63,537 nt of DNA, filler included, from Folioceros fuciformis (GCA_049999805.1; 9 parts of 9 records of this genome joined end to end with filler, not necessarily neighbours in it), one strand, 5' to 3'; counted from the whole stretch's first letter, positions 11,966-24,265 are shown. Numbers and translations are program-made. The notes: generated by a model not told the origin, from the sequence alone.

Positions 11966-12945
11966 TCTTCCTACCGGAGCTCTGTTTGAATGTACCTATG
12001 TACTCGCCATGCTGTGACCTGCAGAGACTACATTTTTCGGGATGGGTTTCGTCGGAAAACGTTTTACGATCGTCTTGTCTGGTCCGTATGACGTGACGCT
12101 CTCTTTCCAAACTTGTGAGGTATTTGCTCCAGGGATACAATGGTTCGTCTCGGGAGCTGCGTAGGCGAGAACGTGAGCACCACGCAGGGCGCTACACAGA
12201 GGCAGGCACACGATCGAAAGCGGTTGATGATCCCAATCCTTTGACAGCGACATTTTGGTGCGCTCATTTTCCTTTCAATCGAGTCCGAGGAATCCAGGCC
12301 TCACCAGGTGTTACAACTAAATGAACCTCAGACTTGAGGCATAGAAACTGTCGCAGCTGCGAAGGGTAAGATGGCCGTCAACCAAGGTTGGTATGGCCGA
12401 CAACTTCCCTCGAGCGTGCATGCGGAAGGGACATCTCGATCCGCGGCGGATGCAGCAGAGTTCGCAGCAGACTCAGGATTGAACACACAACACGTAGAGC
12501 CCAAATGAAACGTGACCTCAAAATGATGGACCTGTGGTAACTTGGCCTCTGGACCCAACCATCTGGGACGCCAAACACACAGACATACCACATGCATCAC
12601 GAGCGGAACTAAACATCCCAGACGACACCTGACTGAGATTGTTTGATTTGGTCAACTTTCACAGAACCATGCTTCACAACATGTACGACAATTAGGTGCT
12701 GCAAACCAATCACGCGGTTTACCCAAATTCCATCAGAACTTGAGGTCAGGCGAGTAACCAACCACAGACAAGCCCGGACAAAAGGTGGACTTCCCAACTA
12801 GTGAAAAAAGCAGCCTTCAAGAGTGAGATTGTTACCAGCAGTTATGAGATCAGCCTCAGAGGGAGGGAAAATCACCATTTTAATGATATGCCAGATCAAA
12901 CAGGCATAAGAGTTTGAGTTCTTAAACAATGCAACAACGAGGGCA

Positions 12946-13053
12946 CGGAGCATCAGTGATACCAGATTTCGTGTCAACAGGACCTACCTGAAAATTCAGA
13001 GATCAAGTGTGAAACATCCTCTGCCATCGGCCCTCATCACTATGCAAGTTCCG
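12946..13053 (-). ncRNA. Box C/D sno/scaRNA predicted to guide U2 snRNA 2'-O-methylation at plant C29 (human C28); snoR101-like
   Basis: Box C GTGATGA 13040-13034. 11-nt guide ACACTTGATCT (13010-13000) is the exact complement of U2 AGAUCAAGUGU and directly precedes D' CTGA (12999-12996). C'-like CTGTTGA; D box CTGA 12956-12953; terminal stem CGGA..GCA / TGC-TCCG. Resembles Arabidopsis snoR101 as recalled. Confidence 0.8.
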
Positions 13054-13698
13054 GAGTCATGGAAGATCAGACCACCAGGAAACCACTAATGCGGACCGTA
13101 AGACCCACCAGCGTAAACAGGATCAAGAAAGAAGAGATGCAGTGTCTACACGACAGTCAGCGAACAAGATTTGCAGAGAAATGAAAATGTTGTGACCAGA
13201 AACTTCCCCAACCTCAGGAGATGGCTTGTTCGACTAACCCAATTAGGTCCTTTGTAAGCTTACTTTCCAACATTACGGACATACCTTTGAGCTTCCACCA
13301 CAGCAGAATCCAGCAACAGTACATGGTGGAATACAGACTACTGCCCGAGATGCAGACCTAATGCGTGATACCCACCATAGCTTCCACAAACAATCTAAGA
13401 TAGGTTGGTTGCAGAAGACAATGTGAGGAACAATCTTATATACTCACTTTCTACTACCTGTCACCTCCCAGAAGAAGATCCAGGCCCAAGAGTCTCCCTC
13501 TGACTTACTCTTGAACCAGGTTGCTGGAAACCTGATCCTTAATTAGCATGTAGTACCGTTGTCCTCGTCAGATATGCATGGGCTCTGGAGCGATCCAGAA
13601 GGGAGAAGCCCCTGCAAAATCAAACCCTTCTGACAACATGCTAGGTGCAGAAGTGAGAAACTACAGGGCCTGATTGCTTACAGCTGTTCAAACCTCTC

Positions 13699-15519
13699 TC
13701 AGGTTCTGAATGAACCAGGAGCTCCAGGAGGAGAGGGGCCATAAGAATTGCTTGCAGTTTGTGCTGGTCGTGGCAAGGCCCCAGGAGGCTGGCTGTAGTT
13801 ATAGCTGTTCTGCACAGAAACGCCTGGAGGTGGACCCCTTGGTTGTTGAGGGGAGTTGTAATTGCCGCTTTGTCCTGACGGTGGTGCTGACTGTGGACCC
13901 GCTGGAGGTCCACCTGGAGGAGGTCCTCCAGGTGGCCCTGGTGCACCCTGGCGCTGCTGGCCATACGCACCAGAGGACGCAGGCGGGCCATAGTTGTAGC
14001 CATAACCAGTTGCTGCAGGTGGCCCAGGAGGCCTTTGTTGTGGCGGAGGCTGAGGCTGTGGCTGGGGCTGCTGCTGCTGCTGCTGCTGCTGTGGTGGCGG
14101 CTGAGGTTGGGGCATCTGCTGATATGCACCAGGAGGGCCAGCAGAGGGGCCTCCGGGGGGGCCTGCAGGTTGGCCAGCAACAAGGCCATTAACAGATGAA
14201 GGCGTAGAAGCAAGTGACCTTACCCCTGGAACACCTGGCGGGGATAAAGTTGGTGGCCTCCCAATACCATTCACCTGTGCCATGCCCCCACTCGTGGGTA
14301 GAGCAGCAACAGGTGGTCTGAACGTTGGTGGCGGCCCATACCCTCCTACACATGGACAACACACCCGTCAGTCATGCAACAACGACTAATTCCCACCGTA
14401 CCTGATGAGCCACACCACAAGACACGACACTACCTAGACGGCCAGTAGACAGCTCAGCACTCCACCATGAGTTAATATTCACATGTTCACCTGGATTTCC
14501 TGTTGGAGGAGGCAAAACTGGAGGTCGGATAGTAGGCAGAAGAGGTGGCTGAGAGGAACCTGGGGGGCCGCCTGGCACTGGTAGACTCGGGGGCGGTAAA
14601 ACCGGCACAGAATGCTTGTAGCCTAGTGTGTAATGCTGGTGAATTGCAGCACCTACTTGATGAAACACAGCAGCTGTCTGTCCCAAGTGCTCCTTCACTT
14701 TCTGGTCAATCAGACTTTGCGTCTGCTGCTCTTCAAACTGCTGGTAGTAAGCCCTAACATTCGCCTGCATAGATAGAAAGCACGCCACAAGACACAAGGG
14801 ATGCCACAGGCCGATCAGCAACAGTTACACAGTCAAAGGCGGTCGCGCTCTTCCTGCAAACCAGTGCTACTTACTGGACCAGTACCTTATGCTTGTACCC
14901 TGCATTATGCTGCTTCCGGACTGAGGGCTGCCACGACACACAACAGGAGCCATTGTCAATACCGGAAGGCAAGCAAGAAAGGAACAAGACCACCAAAGGG
15001 TCAGGCCTTCACCGAGTCATGCGTCAAATAGGTGTCGCAGTAGTCACAGTAATATCTGCACATACCCACAACACGAAAGATGAAGGAAAAATCATCCCAA
15101 TTCCATGCAACATTCAATCCCAGAACATCCCGCAAAATCACCACCAGATTCAGAAACCCATTCCAACTGCACTCCGACCGCCATCCCAGCCCTACAGACA
15201 GAGCAGCCAACAAAAGACACCAGCCCCGGAATCATCTATCCACCCATTCCCGACACTTTCCCCCAACCAAAACCCTAAAACCTCCTCCAGGGCCCGCTCC
15301 CGGAGAGCCCAACAAAGACGGCACAACAGCAGCCGTCATGGAGCGGGGGGAACAGGCGGACACGCAACATTAACGCCCCCGCATTAACACCACACCCACA
15401 AGGGTGCCGGCACGTCTGCAAGCTTCCTTCCGGCATTGCTTCCAAGACCCCCAAATCCCCCAACACCCAGCAAGCCTGTCACACTCCGTGAGCCGAGCAC
15501 TGCAGACATACCTAGGCAT
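13699..15519 (-). CDS. U1C: U1 small nuclear ribonucleoprotein C
   Basis: 8-nt first coding exon ATGCCTAG (15519-15512) splices to give MPRYYCDYCDTYLTHDS|PSVRKQHNAGYKHK|ANVRAYYQQFEEQQTQSLIDQ. Pro/Gly/Gln-rich tail with a CAG tract. Confidence 0.95.
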
Positions 15520-16808
15520 GGTGCGCGACAAGGGCGGCCCAGCAGTGAGATTCAGGTGGCAGGATCGCAGCTGGACGCAAATCTCCTCTGGGCGCCGTGT
15601 CGCTGCTACGGGAGGCGGGAGCCTGGCGCGAGAGGCGTGGCCCTAACCGGACCTTAACCCGCTCCTGGTTAGCTCACCCGCTCGGTCCCACTCTGCAGGA
15701 TGGGATGTCATAACGGTCGCTGGAATCCAGTCCCACGAAAGTTAAAAAGAGCTGGAATTTTAGCCATGCACATGGCACGATCTCACCACTGTTGCTCCTC
15801 TCCCTTGCTCGCCTGCCCGTCCATTTTCTACCACGTCAAACAACGATTTCAACCAACTCCTCCCCGCACCTTTGCCTTATATAGGCCAGCTGCCTCGCCG
15901 TTGGTGCTCTTGGGTCTACACCGCCTCCGAACTCCAGCTTGTAGACAGCTATGCCTAGGCCAAACAGGTTTGCTTTTGGGAGCCAAGAAGAGGCATTTTG
16001 TACGGGTAGCGGTAGCCTTTAGCAGGGAAAAGGGAGAAAAAAAAACCGTGGGGGTGGGTTTGTTTGCACTGCCTGCAGATCTGAGTTCTCTCCTGCAACA
16101 AACCCTACCAACTCCATGGAAGGGAGTTTGTGTGTATCAATCAATCAAGTTGGACAGAAAAAACCCCACCCAAAAAAAGAGGAAAATGAAAAGGTGAAGT
16201 AAAGTAGGTAGCAGAGGAGGATGAGAGGCGCGATGGAGGAGATGCGAGCCAGACCTGGGTGAACAGAACATGGAACACGCATCCTGACTATTGTACAAGA
16301 AGAAATGCTGGTGTGCGGGAGTCGCGGGAGCGTCGATAAATATCTAAACAAGGAATGCTGCATGTCTGTTTGACGGCAAGACAGGGGATGGGCGGGGACC
16401 TAACCGTGGTTAGGGTGGGACCCAGCGGGAGGGAGGCAGGACAGGGAGCGAGGGAGAGACAGGGCCAGGGAGCGAGCAAAACGCGCGAGCGGGGGAAGGC
16501 AGACACAGAGAAAGAGAGCAAGAGCAGGCACAAAGTTGCCTCTTCCTCACCCACACTCCCGGCACGCACCATCGTCACCCGCCAGCCACAGGCGGCACGC
16601 TACAGCCATCTCCGCCACCGCTGCACGGGAGGGGCCGGGGGAGCGTGTGGCAGGAGGGAAGGAGACGCAAGCGAGGAAAGGGAAGGAAGGAGGTAGGCAG
16701 GGCAAGGGNNNNNNNNNNNNNNNNNNNNNNNNNNNNNNNNNNNNNNNNNNNNTTAATTAATTAANNNNNNNNNNNNNNNNNNNNNNNNNNNNNNNNNNNN
16801 NNNNNNNN

Positions 16809-16903
16809 AGATAGACTCTATTTTTAGAACAACAACAAGCACAGGTCAAGGTGCCCAAGGAAGATAGACTCTATTTTTAGAACAACAACAAGCACAGGTC
16901 AAG
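16809..16903. repeat. 42-bp direct duplication at contig start
   Basis: agatagactctatttttagaacaacaacaagcacaggtcaag at 16809-16850 and 16862-16903. Confidence 0.85.
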
Positions 16904-17384
16904 CGTCTTCTTCGACAATGATGGCATGTAACTTTTTGTTATTCCATGACATTTTGAGAGCAATAATAATTGTTGAGAATTATATAGAAAGGAACTAGTG
17001 CCCTTTTGGCCCTACTCGAAAGTAATATATTTATGTCATATCTATTATTATCTCATATCATATTGAACCATGGAGCTCTAATATAATATTGAATACATGA
17101 AAAAAAAAACCTTATCAAACTCGCAAGCAATGTATTATGTGGGAAGCTTGTGGATGCTATGATTGAGCTTTAGAATAGCTGAGTAGTAGTATGCTCTTGA
17201 CCGCTATCTTCTTCCGATAGGAATGCTCGTTAAGCTTGAGAGACAACCGTGAGCTGCTGTGGAGCTGGGCTTATTGGTATATGTTATGTAGGTACGTTTC
17301 GGTCTGTCCAGTCCAAAACCGTATCGACGGAGCGTGAGGGAGCAGGCAGACGTGCAGGGTTTGCTCGGGCGAGAGCCGTCAGCC

Positions 17385-19044
17385 ATGGTTGGGATTGCGG
17401 ATGAGGCAGAGCTGAATAGACTAGAGCAGCAGGTGGAAGGAGGTGGTGGAAACATTGCGGAATATCTAGCCCTGTTGCGCAAGCTCAAGGTCCGCCGATC
17501 GGACAAGGTTGCGCAGCATGGCCTCAAGCTGCTCAACAGCGCATCCGCCAGGTCCAAGCTCGGAAACGATGGTGAGATTTTCTCACTTGTGGCTTTGTGT
17601 GGAATCCAGATGGAGTGTGGAAGGGGCGGAGCAGCCAATTCAGCAGCCAGTAGCGCTTTAATCTAGGCTTTTGTGCCCCGGGGTTGGAGTATTGATGGCT
17701 CTTTTTCGACTGGACTGCAGTGTGGACCGTCTATGAGCAGGTCGCGGTAGCTGCGATGGACTGCGGGAATCTCGAAGTGGCGAAGGTGAGTTGATGTATT
17801 GTGTCCGTCTGTGTGGCCGGTCTTGAGGTCGTGCTAACGGGGTTTCTCGGTTTGCGAGGCAGCAAAGCATCGGAGTGCTGCGCAAGAAGTTTCCCGACAG
17901 TGTTAGAGTTGGTAAGTTATGTGGTTTCTCGTTTCTCTGTTGCTTTTGCAAGTTTAGGGATGTCGACTATCACACCTCAGCTCGTTCGGGTGTCCTGATC
18001 TAGGTCGGTTGCGGGGAATGTTGTTTGAGGCAAGCGGAGCCTGGCAGCAAGCAGACAAGCTGTACGCGGATTATCTGGAGGACCAAGGTGCTGATGTTGT
18101 GAGTCCCGTCCCTACTGGTGGCACAGACAGGTGTCCAGATCTGCAGCTGATTGTACGCAGTGGTTGGAGCTGCGTTGTTGATTTGTCTTGTATTTCTCTG
18201 TGCAGTTCTTTCATAAAAGAAGAGTAGCAATAGCTAAGGCACAGGGGAAGTGGGCTGAAGCTGTGGACTTACTCAACAAGTACCTTGAGACGTATGTTAG
18301 ACTAATCTGCTCTTCAGTTGAGAAACATGGCGCTGTTGCCAGCACGTGTGGCTGCGTGACAAGGATTAGCCTAACTGTGGCTGGTTATGCTGTGGATTAG
18401 GTACATGGCAGACTATGACGCATGGAGGGAGCTGGGGGAAATCTACCTCTCTCTTCAGATGTAAGCTCAGGCGTTTGAAGGAAAGGGCTTGTTGGATGCA
18501 CCCCCCGCCCGGAGTCTTACTGTGTTTCTGTGACCTTTGTAGGTATAAGCAGGCACTTTTTTGTTTTGAAGAGCTACTCTTGTCCCAGCCAGCAAATCTT
18601 TTGTATCATCTGCGCTATGCTGAGGTACGTTTGCATGCTCAGGGGATGGATCTACGTGCAGTTTTCCCATGAAGCTGATTAGGCCATGTTCTGGATCACA
18701 GTTGCTCTACACAATAGGAGGTTTGGATAACTTTCGAGCTGCTAGAAAATATTACGCGGCAGCCATCGAGCTCAGCAACGGCAAGAATGTCCGAGCTCTG
18801 TACGGTGTCGTGTTGGTAGGTGCCCTCTGGATTGTCGGTTGCTTCCTTGAAGGTGTCACTCGACTAATCCTGAATTTTACTTACACAGTGTGGAGCTGCG
18901 ATAAACCAAACGAAGGGCCGCAGTAAAGAAGAGGACAGTTCTGATGTTGTGGCTTTGGCGTCTGCATCGTTGATTAGGGAATACAAACTGAAAGCTCCAA
19001 AGAAAGTCCCACTTTTGTCCAGTGTTTTAGACAAGCAAAAATGA
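17385..19044 (+). CDS. EMC2: ER membrane protein complex subunit 2 (TPR protein); multi-exon
   Basis: LNRLEQQVEGGGGNIAEYLALLRKLKVRRSDKV, WTVYEQVAVAAMDC, LNKYLETYMADYDAWRELG, YKQALFCFEELLLSQP, AARKYYAAAIELSNGKNVRALYG. Confidence 0.93.
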
Positions 19045-19397
19045 CCTCATTGAATATCCGTGATGAAAGAAAACTTTTTGACTCTATTTTTATTTCTTTT
19101 CCTCAATTAAAAATGAGTTTCGCAGTAAGCGATGTATGTATGTACATGTTCTTTTGCAAATCTAGACCGATTTCCTTAATCCGAAAGAAGACAAAGCGAG
19201 GAGGTACTCCATTTCCAAAGGAAGAACCGACATCGCACACTCAAGAAGCGAGGTCGGTCCAAAGAGGAGCTCGATGCGGCTGAGCACTGGTGGTTGAGAC
19301 ATGTCAGAATCTCCGGGTTCGGAAAACCGACTGAGCTCGACTTAGGTCTTCCACTACCAGGGATCAAGCTGCGACGCCAGAGCATATGCTATCAAGG

Positions 19398-20142
19398 ATG
19401 GCGCTGAGGCGAGTGGTTGTTTGGATCATCGCCTTGATGTCATTGCGCTGTGTGTGGGAACCAAATTGAGCAAAGTCTGAGTGGTATCTGATTCGCCTGT
19501 CTACCCGTGACAGGGAGAATCGTGGAAGCCGCGCTCTCCTCTTCGATGGTTTGGAGGAAGGTGGTGTGAGAGCTTCATCGTTTTACACATCCAACGAGCT
19601 TGCTGAGCAGGAAAATGAGCGATCTATGGAGGGCCTTCAAGATAGGGTCAGCGTATTGAAGAGAGTATGTCTTATTCAGTGCGTTGCTGGTTGTGATTGC
19701 ACCTCCCGCTAAGCTTTTCTCCTTCCACGCCCCTAACCTAAGATGTGGGCATCAGTTGACAGCAGACATTCACGAGGAAGTTGATGCTCACAATCGACTG
19801 CTGGATCGCATGGTACGCGATCCAATGTCTGTGCCAAGTGTTTCTGATTATGTCTGCTCGCCGTGGGAAATCTGAACTGACTTGTTACTCCAGGGAAACG
19901 ACATGGATTCATCCAAAGGGCTCATGTCTGGAGTCATGGATCGATTCACTGTTGTACGTTTTCTATCCACGCGCCAGGAGACTGTCCTTGATTTTTGCGG
20001 CAATCGCCTCGTTCTCATCGTCACCTGTTTTTCCTTGGCTGCTTTTCAGGTTTTCAACGACAAGTCGAACCGAACGATGGCCACCATCGTGTCAGGCTGT
20101 GTGGCCCTATTTCTTGTTATCTACTATTTGAGAAACTGGTGA
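19398..20142 (+). CDS. BET1: Bet1-like Qc-SNARE (BET11/BET12 type); multi-exon
   Basis: RALLFDGLEEGG...ENERSMEGLQDRVSVLKRLTADIHEEVDAHNRLLDRMGNDMDSSKGLMSGVMDRF, C-terminal TM VALFLVIYYLR. An in-frame ATG also lies at 19386. Confidence 0.92.
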
Positions 20143-20609
20143 ATCATCACCGTCTCCTGGCTGTCAGGTGAGTTGAACCCTGCTTGAAATGCAGAATATC
20201 CTCAAGTGAGCAGTGTGGTTTTCTGAAAAGCTTTGCTCTCCCGTGCAATTGCCAATTTCCAGGCTGCTACGAGGTGCCTCCCTCACTTCTTGATTCGGCC
20301 CTTCATCTGGTCGGAGTTCCCTGCCAACCGGAACATTCCCCGTTCGCATTTCCATGCTTCTCAACGCTTCAGTTCCAGTCACCAACAAAAGTACTCGGGT
20401 TGCTAGCTGAGCTCGAACTTTTCCATATGACAGCAAATCTGTTATCCTTGCTGCTGACAATCAATCAAGACGAGTTGATCCCCCACAGAAAATATCGTAA
20501 TCGCGCTATTTTGATAGCCAACAGGCCATGTTTATGACCGAAAGTATTTGACGTTTGGACCCTTTCGGGAAGGAGTAGGTTACTTCATGACACATCGACA
20601 GCGGAAGTC

Positions 20610-22150
20610 ATGAGCTCGATGGATTGTGCACAGGCTATGGTTGGCGCCATCGTCAGCACGCAGTCCCTGCCTCTCCATCTAGGCACCAGCAAGTCATCAG
20701 GAATGCTGAAATGCAGGGGAAGCTACCGCAGCTGGTGCGCGCCTTTTCCCCGCTTGTCGGGGTCGAATTCGAGATCAGAGACACAGCAATCTGCCCGTCT
20801 GACCGGTTTCGTTCATCACGGAAGCCACACTGATCTGACATGGATGCCTCGGCTGCGGAGCTTTGAGCAAGTGCTGCGAAAGCCGGCTTCCGGCAACTTT
20901 GCCAACCCGAGAGCCAGGGAACACTCGTTTATGGTCTGGGCGAGGAAGAGCCTGCTGAACGAGCTGCAAAGCATAAGGGAGGAAGCAGAGCCTGGTATGA
21001 CTAATCTCCTCCTCGCCTTTGCAGTCCTGATCATGCACATCTGTTGTTCCAGGTCTGCAAGGAGTTTGTTGTTCAATACCGGAGTTTCTGTGCAAGCTGA
21101 TAATGCAAGCGACGCTAGGGTTTGACGTGTGTGGCAGATGTTGTTCTGGAATATGAGCAGCCGCTTCAAATAGTGCTGTACCCGGACCCAAGGCTCCGAG
21201 CCAAAAACAGGAGGATCTCATCTTTCGATGACAAACTGCAACAGCTGGTTGAAGAAATGTTTGATGTCATGTACAAGTAAGTTCAACATAAAAGAGTGTG
21301 AAACCTTGTGGTGTTTCCTTTATTCCAAACAGTGTAAGAGCGCAGTCATACATGAGTGCTGTAGAGTGCACCAGCTGCCTTGTGTGGTAGTGTGGAAAGT
21401 GGATTTGTATGACGAACAGTCGTTTGAGCTACTGATATCATCCTTCTTCCCATGTTGATCAATTATCAGGACCGACGGTGTTGGTCTATCTGCACCACAA
21501 GTAGGGGTGAATGTGCAAGTAATGGTGTACAATCCAGAAGGAGAGAGGGGTAGAGGTCAAGAATATGTTTTGGTGAATCCTAAGATTGTCAAGTACGGCA
21601 AGAAGACTGAGGACTTTGTGGAGGGCTGCTTGTCTTTCCCATCTATCAATGCGCCCATTGAGGTAGTGCTATTCTCATCCCAGACTGCTGATGTAGAAAA
21701 GGCCAGAGAAGAACTGAGTACCTGGCTTTGTGCAGCGGCCTATTACAGTGAGAATAGATGCACAGGATATACGAGGGAAGAAGTTCAGCATAAACTTGAA
21801 AGATTTCCAGGCACGCGTTTTCCAACACGAGTACGACCATCTCGAGGTACAGAACCACGCCTTTCGCACGTCTTTGCAAAATCGTGTGTTTTAGTAGCAT
21901 TCTGAAATGGGCACGGCATGTCCTGCATGTATGGCCGCAGGGCATCCTATACTTTGAGCGAATGAGTCCAGATGTACTGGATTCGGTGCGCATGGATTTA
22001 ACGGTGAGCTGCAACTAGGTTGCCAAACAAGTTTCAGACTTGCGGTTCTTCAAGCTAACTAGGCTGTGTGCTCTTGTGCAGCGGTTGGAAGAGGCCTATG
22101 AAAAGAGAACAGGTTCTCCTGCACCCGAGAGAATTAGCGACAGAAAATAG
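20610..22150 (+). CDS. PDF1B: Peptide deformylase 1B, organellar; multi-exon
   Basis: PDF motifs GVGLSAPQVG, EGCLS and QHEYDHLEG; transit-peptide-like N-terminus; ends YEKRTGSPAPERISDRK*. Confidence 0.95.
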
Positions 22151-22399
22151 AGAAACTCGCAACTCGCATCGACCTTTGGGGAACCCACTGTCTGCTACAC
22201 GTCTCGTCTGAACAATTTGTAACATCTTGACGATCGGGCGCTCCGCGACTTCATAGCCTATACTCCATAGGCGCGCTCCCGAGGGGTATGTTGTTGGTTT
22301 TGGATCCCTTGTCGAAACTTCACCAAGTGTCCTCCCCTATTCAGGCAAATTTCGATTTACGACTGCATGGGCAGAAAGCCATCATCTTTCGTACTTATT

Positions 22400-23170
22400 C
22401 AACATCACCCCAGGGCGCCGGGACCCCCATCGAGCTGGACCACAGTGTTGTACAAAGCTCGTTCATTGCTTGCTTTATGGCAGCTGTATGGACAGGCAAC
22501 ATGTGTTGTGGCAGCCGACGGTGTATATAATGTTGGGTACCATTATGCAAATTTGGCCCCGTGTGTGGCAGTTGTGTGGATTCATGACGTTGTAGCGGTG
22601 GAGTGCAATGCCCACAGGATGCACAAAGAGAGAGCATGGAGCATCAAGGTACGCGTCCCATGCTGAAATTAGGTGCACAAATGAACGACTTGATTGGATC
22701 AGGCGAATAAGCATCTTCTGTGGTTGGAAAAGTTTCGGGGTCCCCACATTTCCTTCCTTCATCTTTCCTGAATCAGATTCTTTGTGCACACTGTGGGGTG
22801 ATCGCACACCGCATTCCGCAATTGGAGCTGCAGTTTTGTACCATCTGTATCTTATCCATGACTCCGTCAATTTCATGGCAGAGGATGTTGCACAGTCTGG
22901 GTCCTGTTGACTCCAAGTTCCGTCGGTTTCATTCTATCACCAAGTTACTCCGGAATGTCTGTCGAGAGACGAGGAAATGGTGACTTGCTGTTTATCCCAA
23001 GGTGATCCCATACCCGATGTCCGGTGGTGATAAGCTCGCCGCTTGGCAAGACTGTGCATCTCTCTCGCAACTTGGCCAGCGGTACCTTGCCTTTCACGTG
23101 AAGTTGTGACGCGAATTGGGTGAAATTGATTCGCAGCGGCATGCTGTGGAGCAAGTCTTACGAATGAACA
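22400..23170 (+). pseudogene. Decayed inverted duplicate of the U1-C 3' region and snoRNA locus
   Basis: Collinear exact anchors to the minus strand of ~13440-12650: TCCATGACTCCG (22855-22866 vs 13063-13052), ATGGCAGAGGATGTT (22875-22889 vs 13027-13013) and GGTCCTGTTGAC (22900-22911 vs 12984-12973). Weaker matches flank both sides; boundaries approximate. Confidence 0.75.
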
Positions 23171-24265
23171 AGGTACTCACTCGCTCCCTCACTCACCTAG
23201 CGGCAGACCAGGGAACGCGCATTGTTAGCTAGTGATGGACCCGTCTGTGATGTCGAGATCTTGCATCTGGTGTTGGTGGTGTGGTCGGCCTACTACACAC
23301 ATAGATGGCTGGCTGGCCTTACAGACCAGATCCCCTCCCCACAGCTACATGGTGAGAAAGGGACGTTGTGGGTCACCTTTTAGCGTGTTGAATCTGGAGT
23401 GAGTTGTGACATCCAGCCCAGCCCAGACTGATGAGAGACATGCTGAACATACCGATTCCCCATCCGCGACTGACGAGGGTACGGCTCACGGAAGGGATGC
23501 CCGCCCATTTCTCCCTTGCGCAGCTGCAGCAGGAGTGGTGCGTGAGAATGGAAGGGCGAGGCGACCTGGCAAGTACAGCGACTCCATCCCCCCGCAGCAG
23601 AAGGTTCGGAGTAAGCGCACCCGACGCACCTGCTGCTGATGGTGGGGGGAGCAGAAGGACGGGCGCTGAGGAGACAAGAAGATGAGAACACTGGAAGACT
23701 GCTGTTGGTTAAGCGTATCACGTCAGGTAGAAAGTCGGTCAGAGGTGGAACTGGAGTCAGAAAAGCATCGCTGGGAGATTCAGCCATGGCGTGCTCCCAG
23801 GAGTCCAAGTTAGTGGACTGGACGAGCCGGCGGGAAAACATGAATCGGGAATCAAGATTATGTGTTCCTGAGGCGTCGCTGAGGACGGGGAGGGCGGGGG
23901 GTGTGGGACCAGGCCGGTGGTGGTCCGGGAAGCCCGAGTTCCCAGCCAGTGGTTTTTCCCCCCCGCGGGCCGTTGGGAACGGCCAGGTGGCCGTCCCTTG
24001 CCCCCGGATATTCAATGCTGGCAGGCGGAGTCAACTTGGCGAGCCCGTAAGTTGCTCCGAACATTCGCGCGATGCTTCTTCCCGGCCCGGCTACATCCAG
24101 TTCCACGGAAACGGGGGTGACCGGTCCACCGGCTGATGCAGGTGCAGGAGGAGACGGTTATACAGNNNNNNNNNNNNNNNNNNNNNNNNNNNNNNNNNNN
24201 NNNNNNNNNTTAATTAATTAANNNNNNNNNNNNNNNNNNNNNNNNNNNNNNNNNNNNNNNNNNNN

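Noticed and set aside
15913-15945. GTCTACA...TGTAGAC hairpin as a miRNA precursor
   Set aside because: The 7-bp stem is far too short and no known miRNA sequence was recognised.
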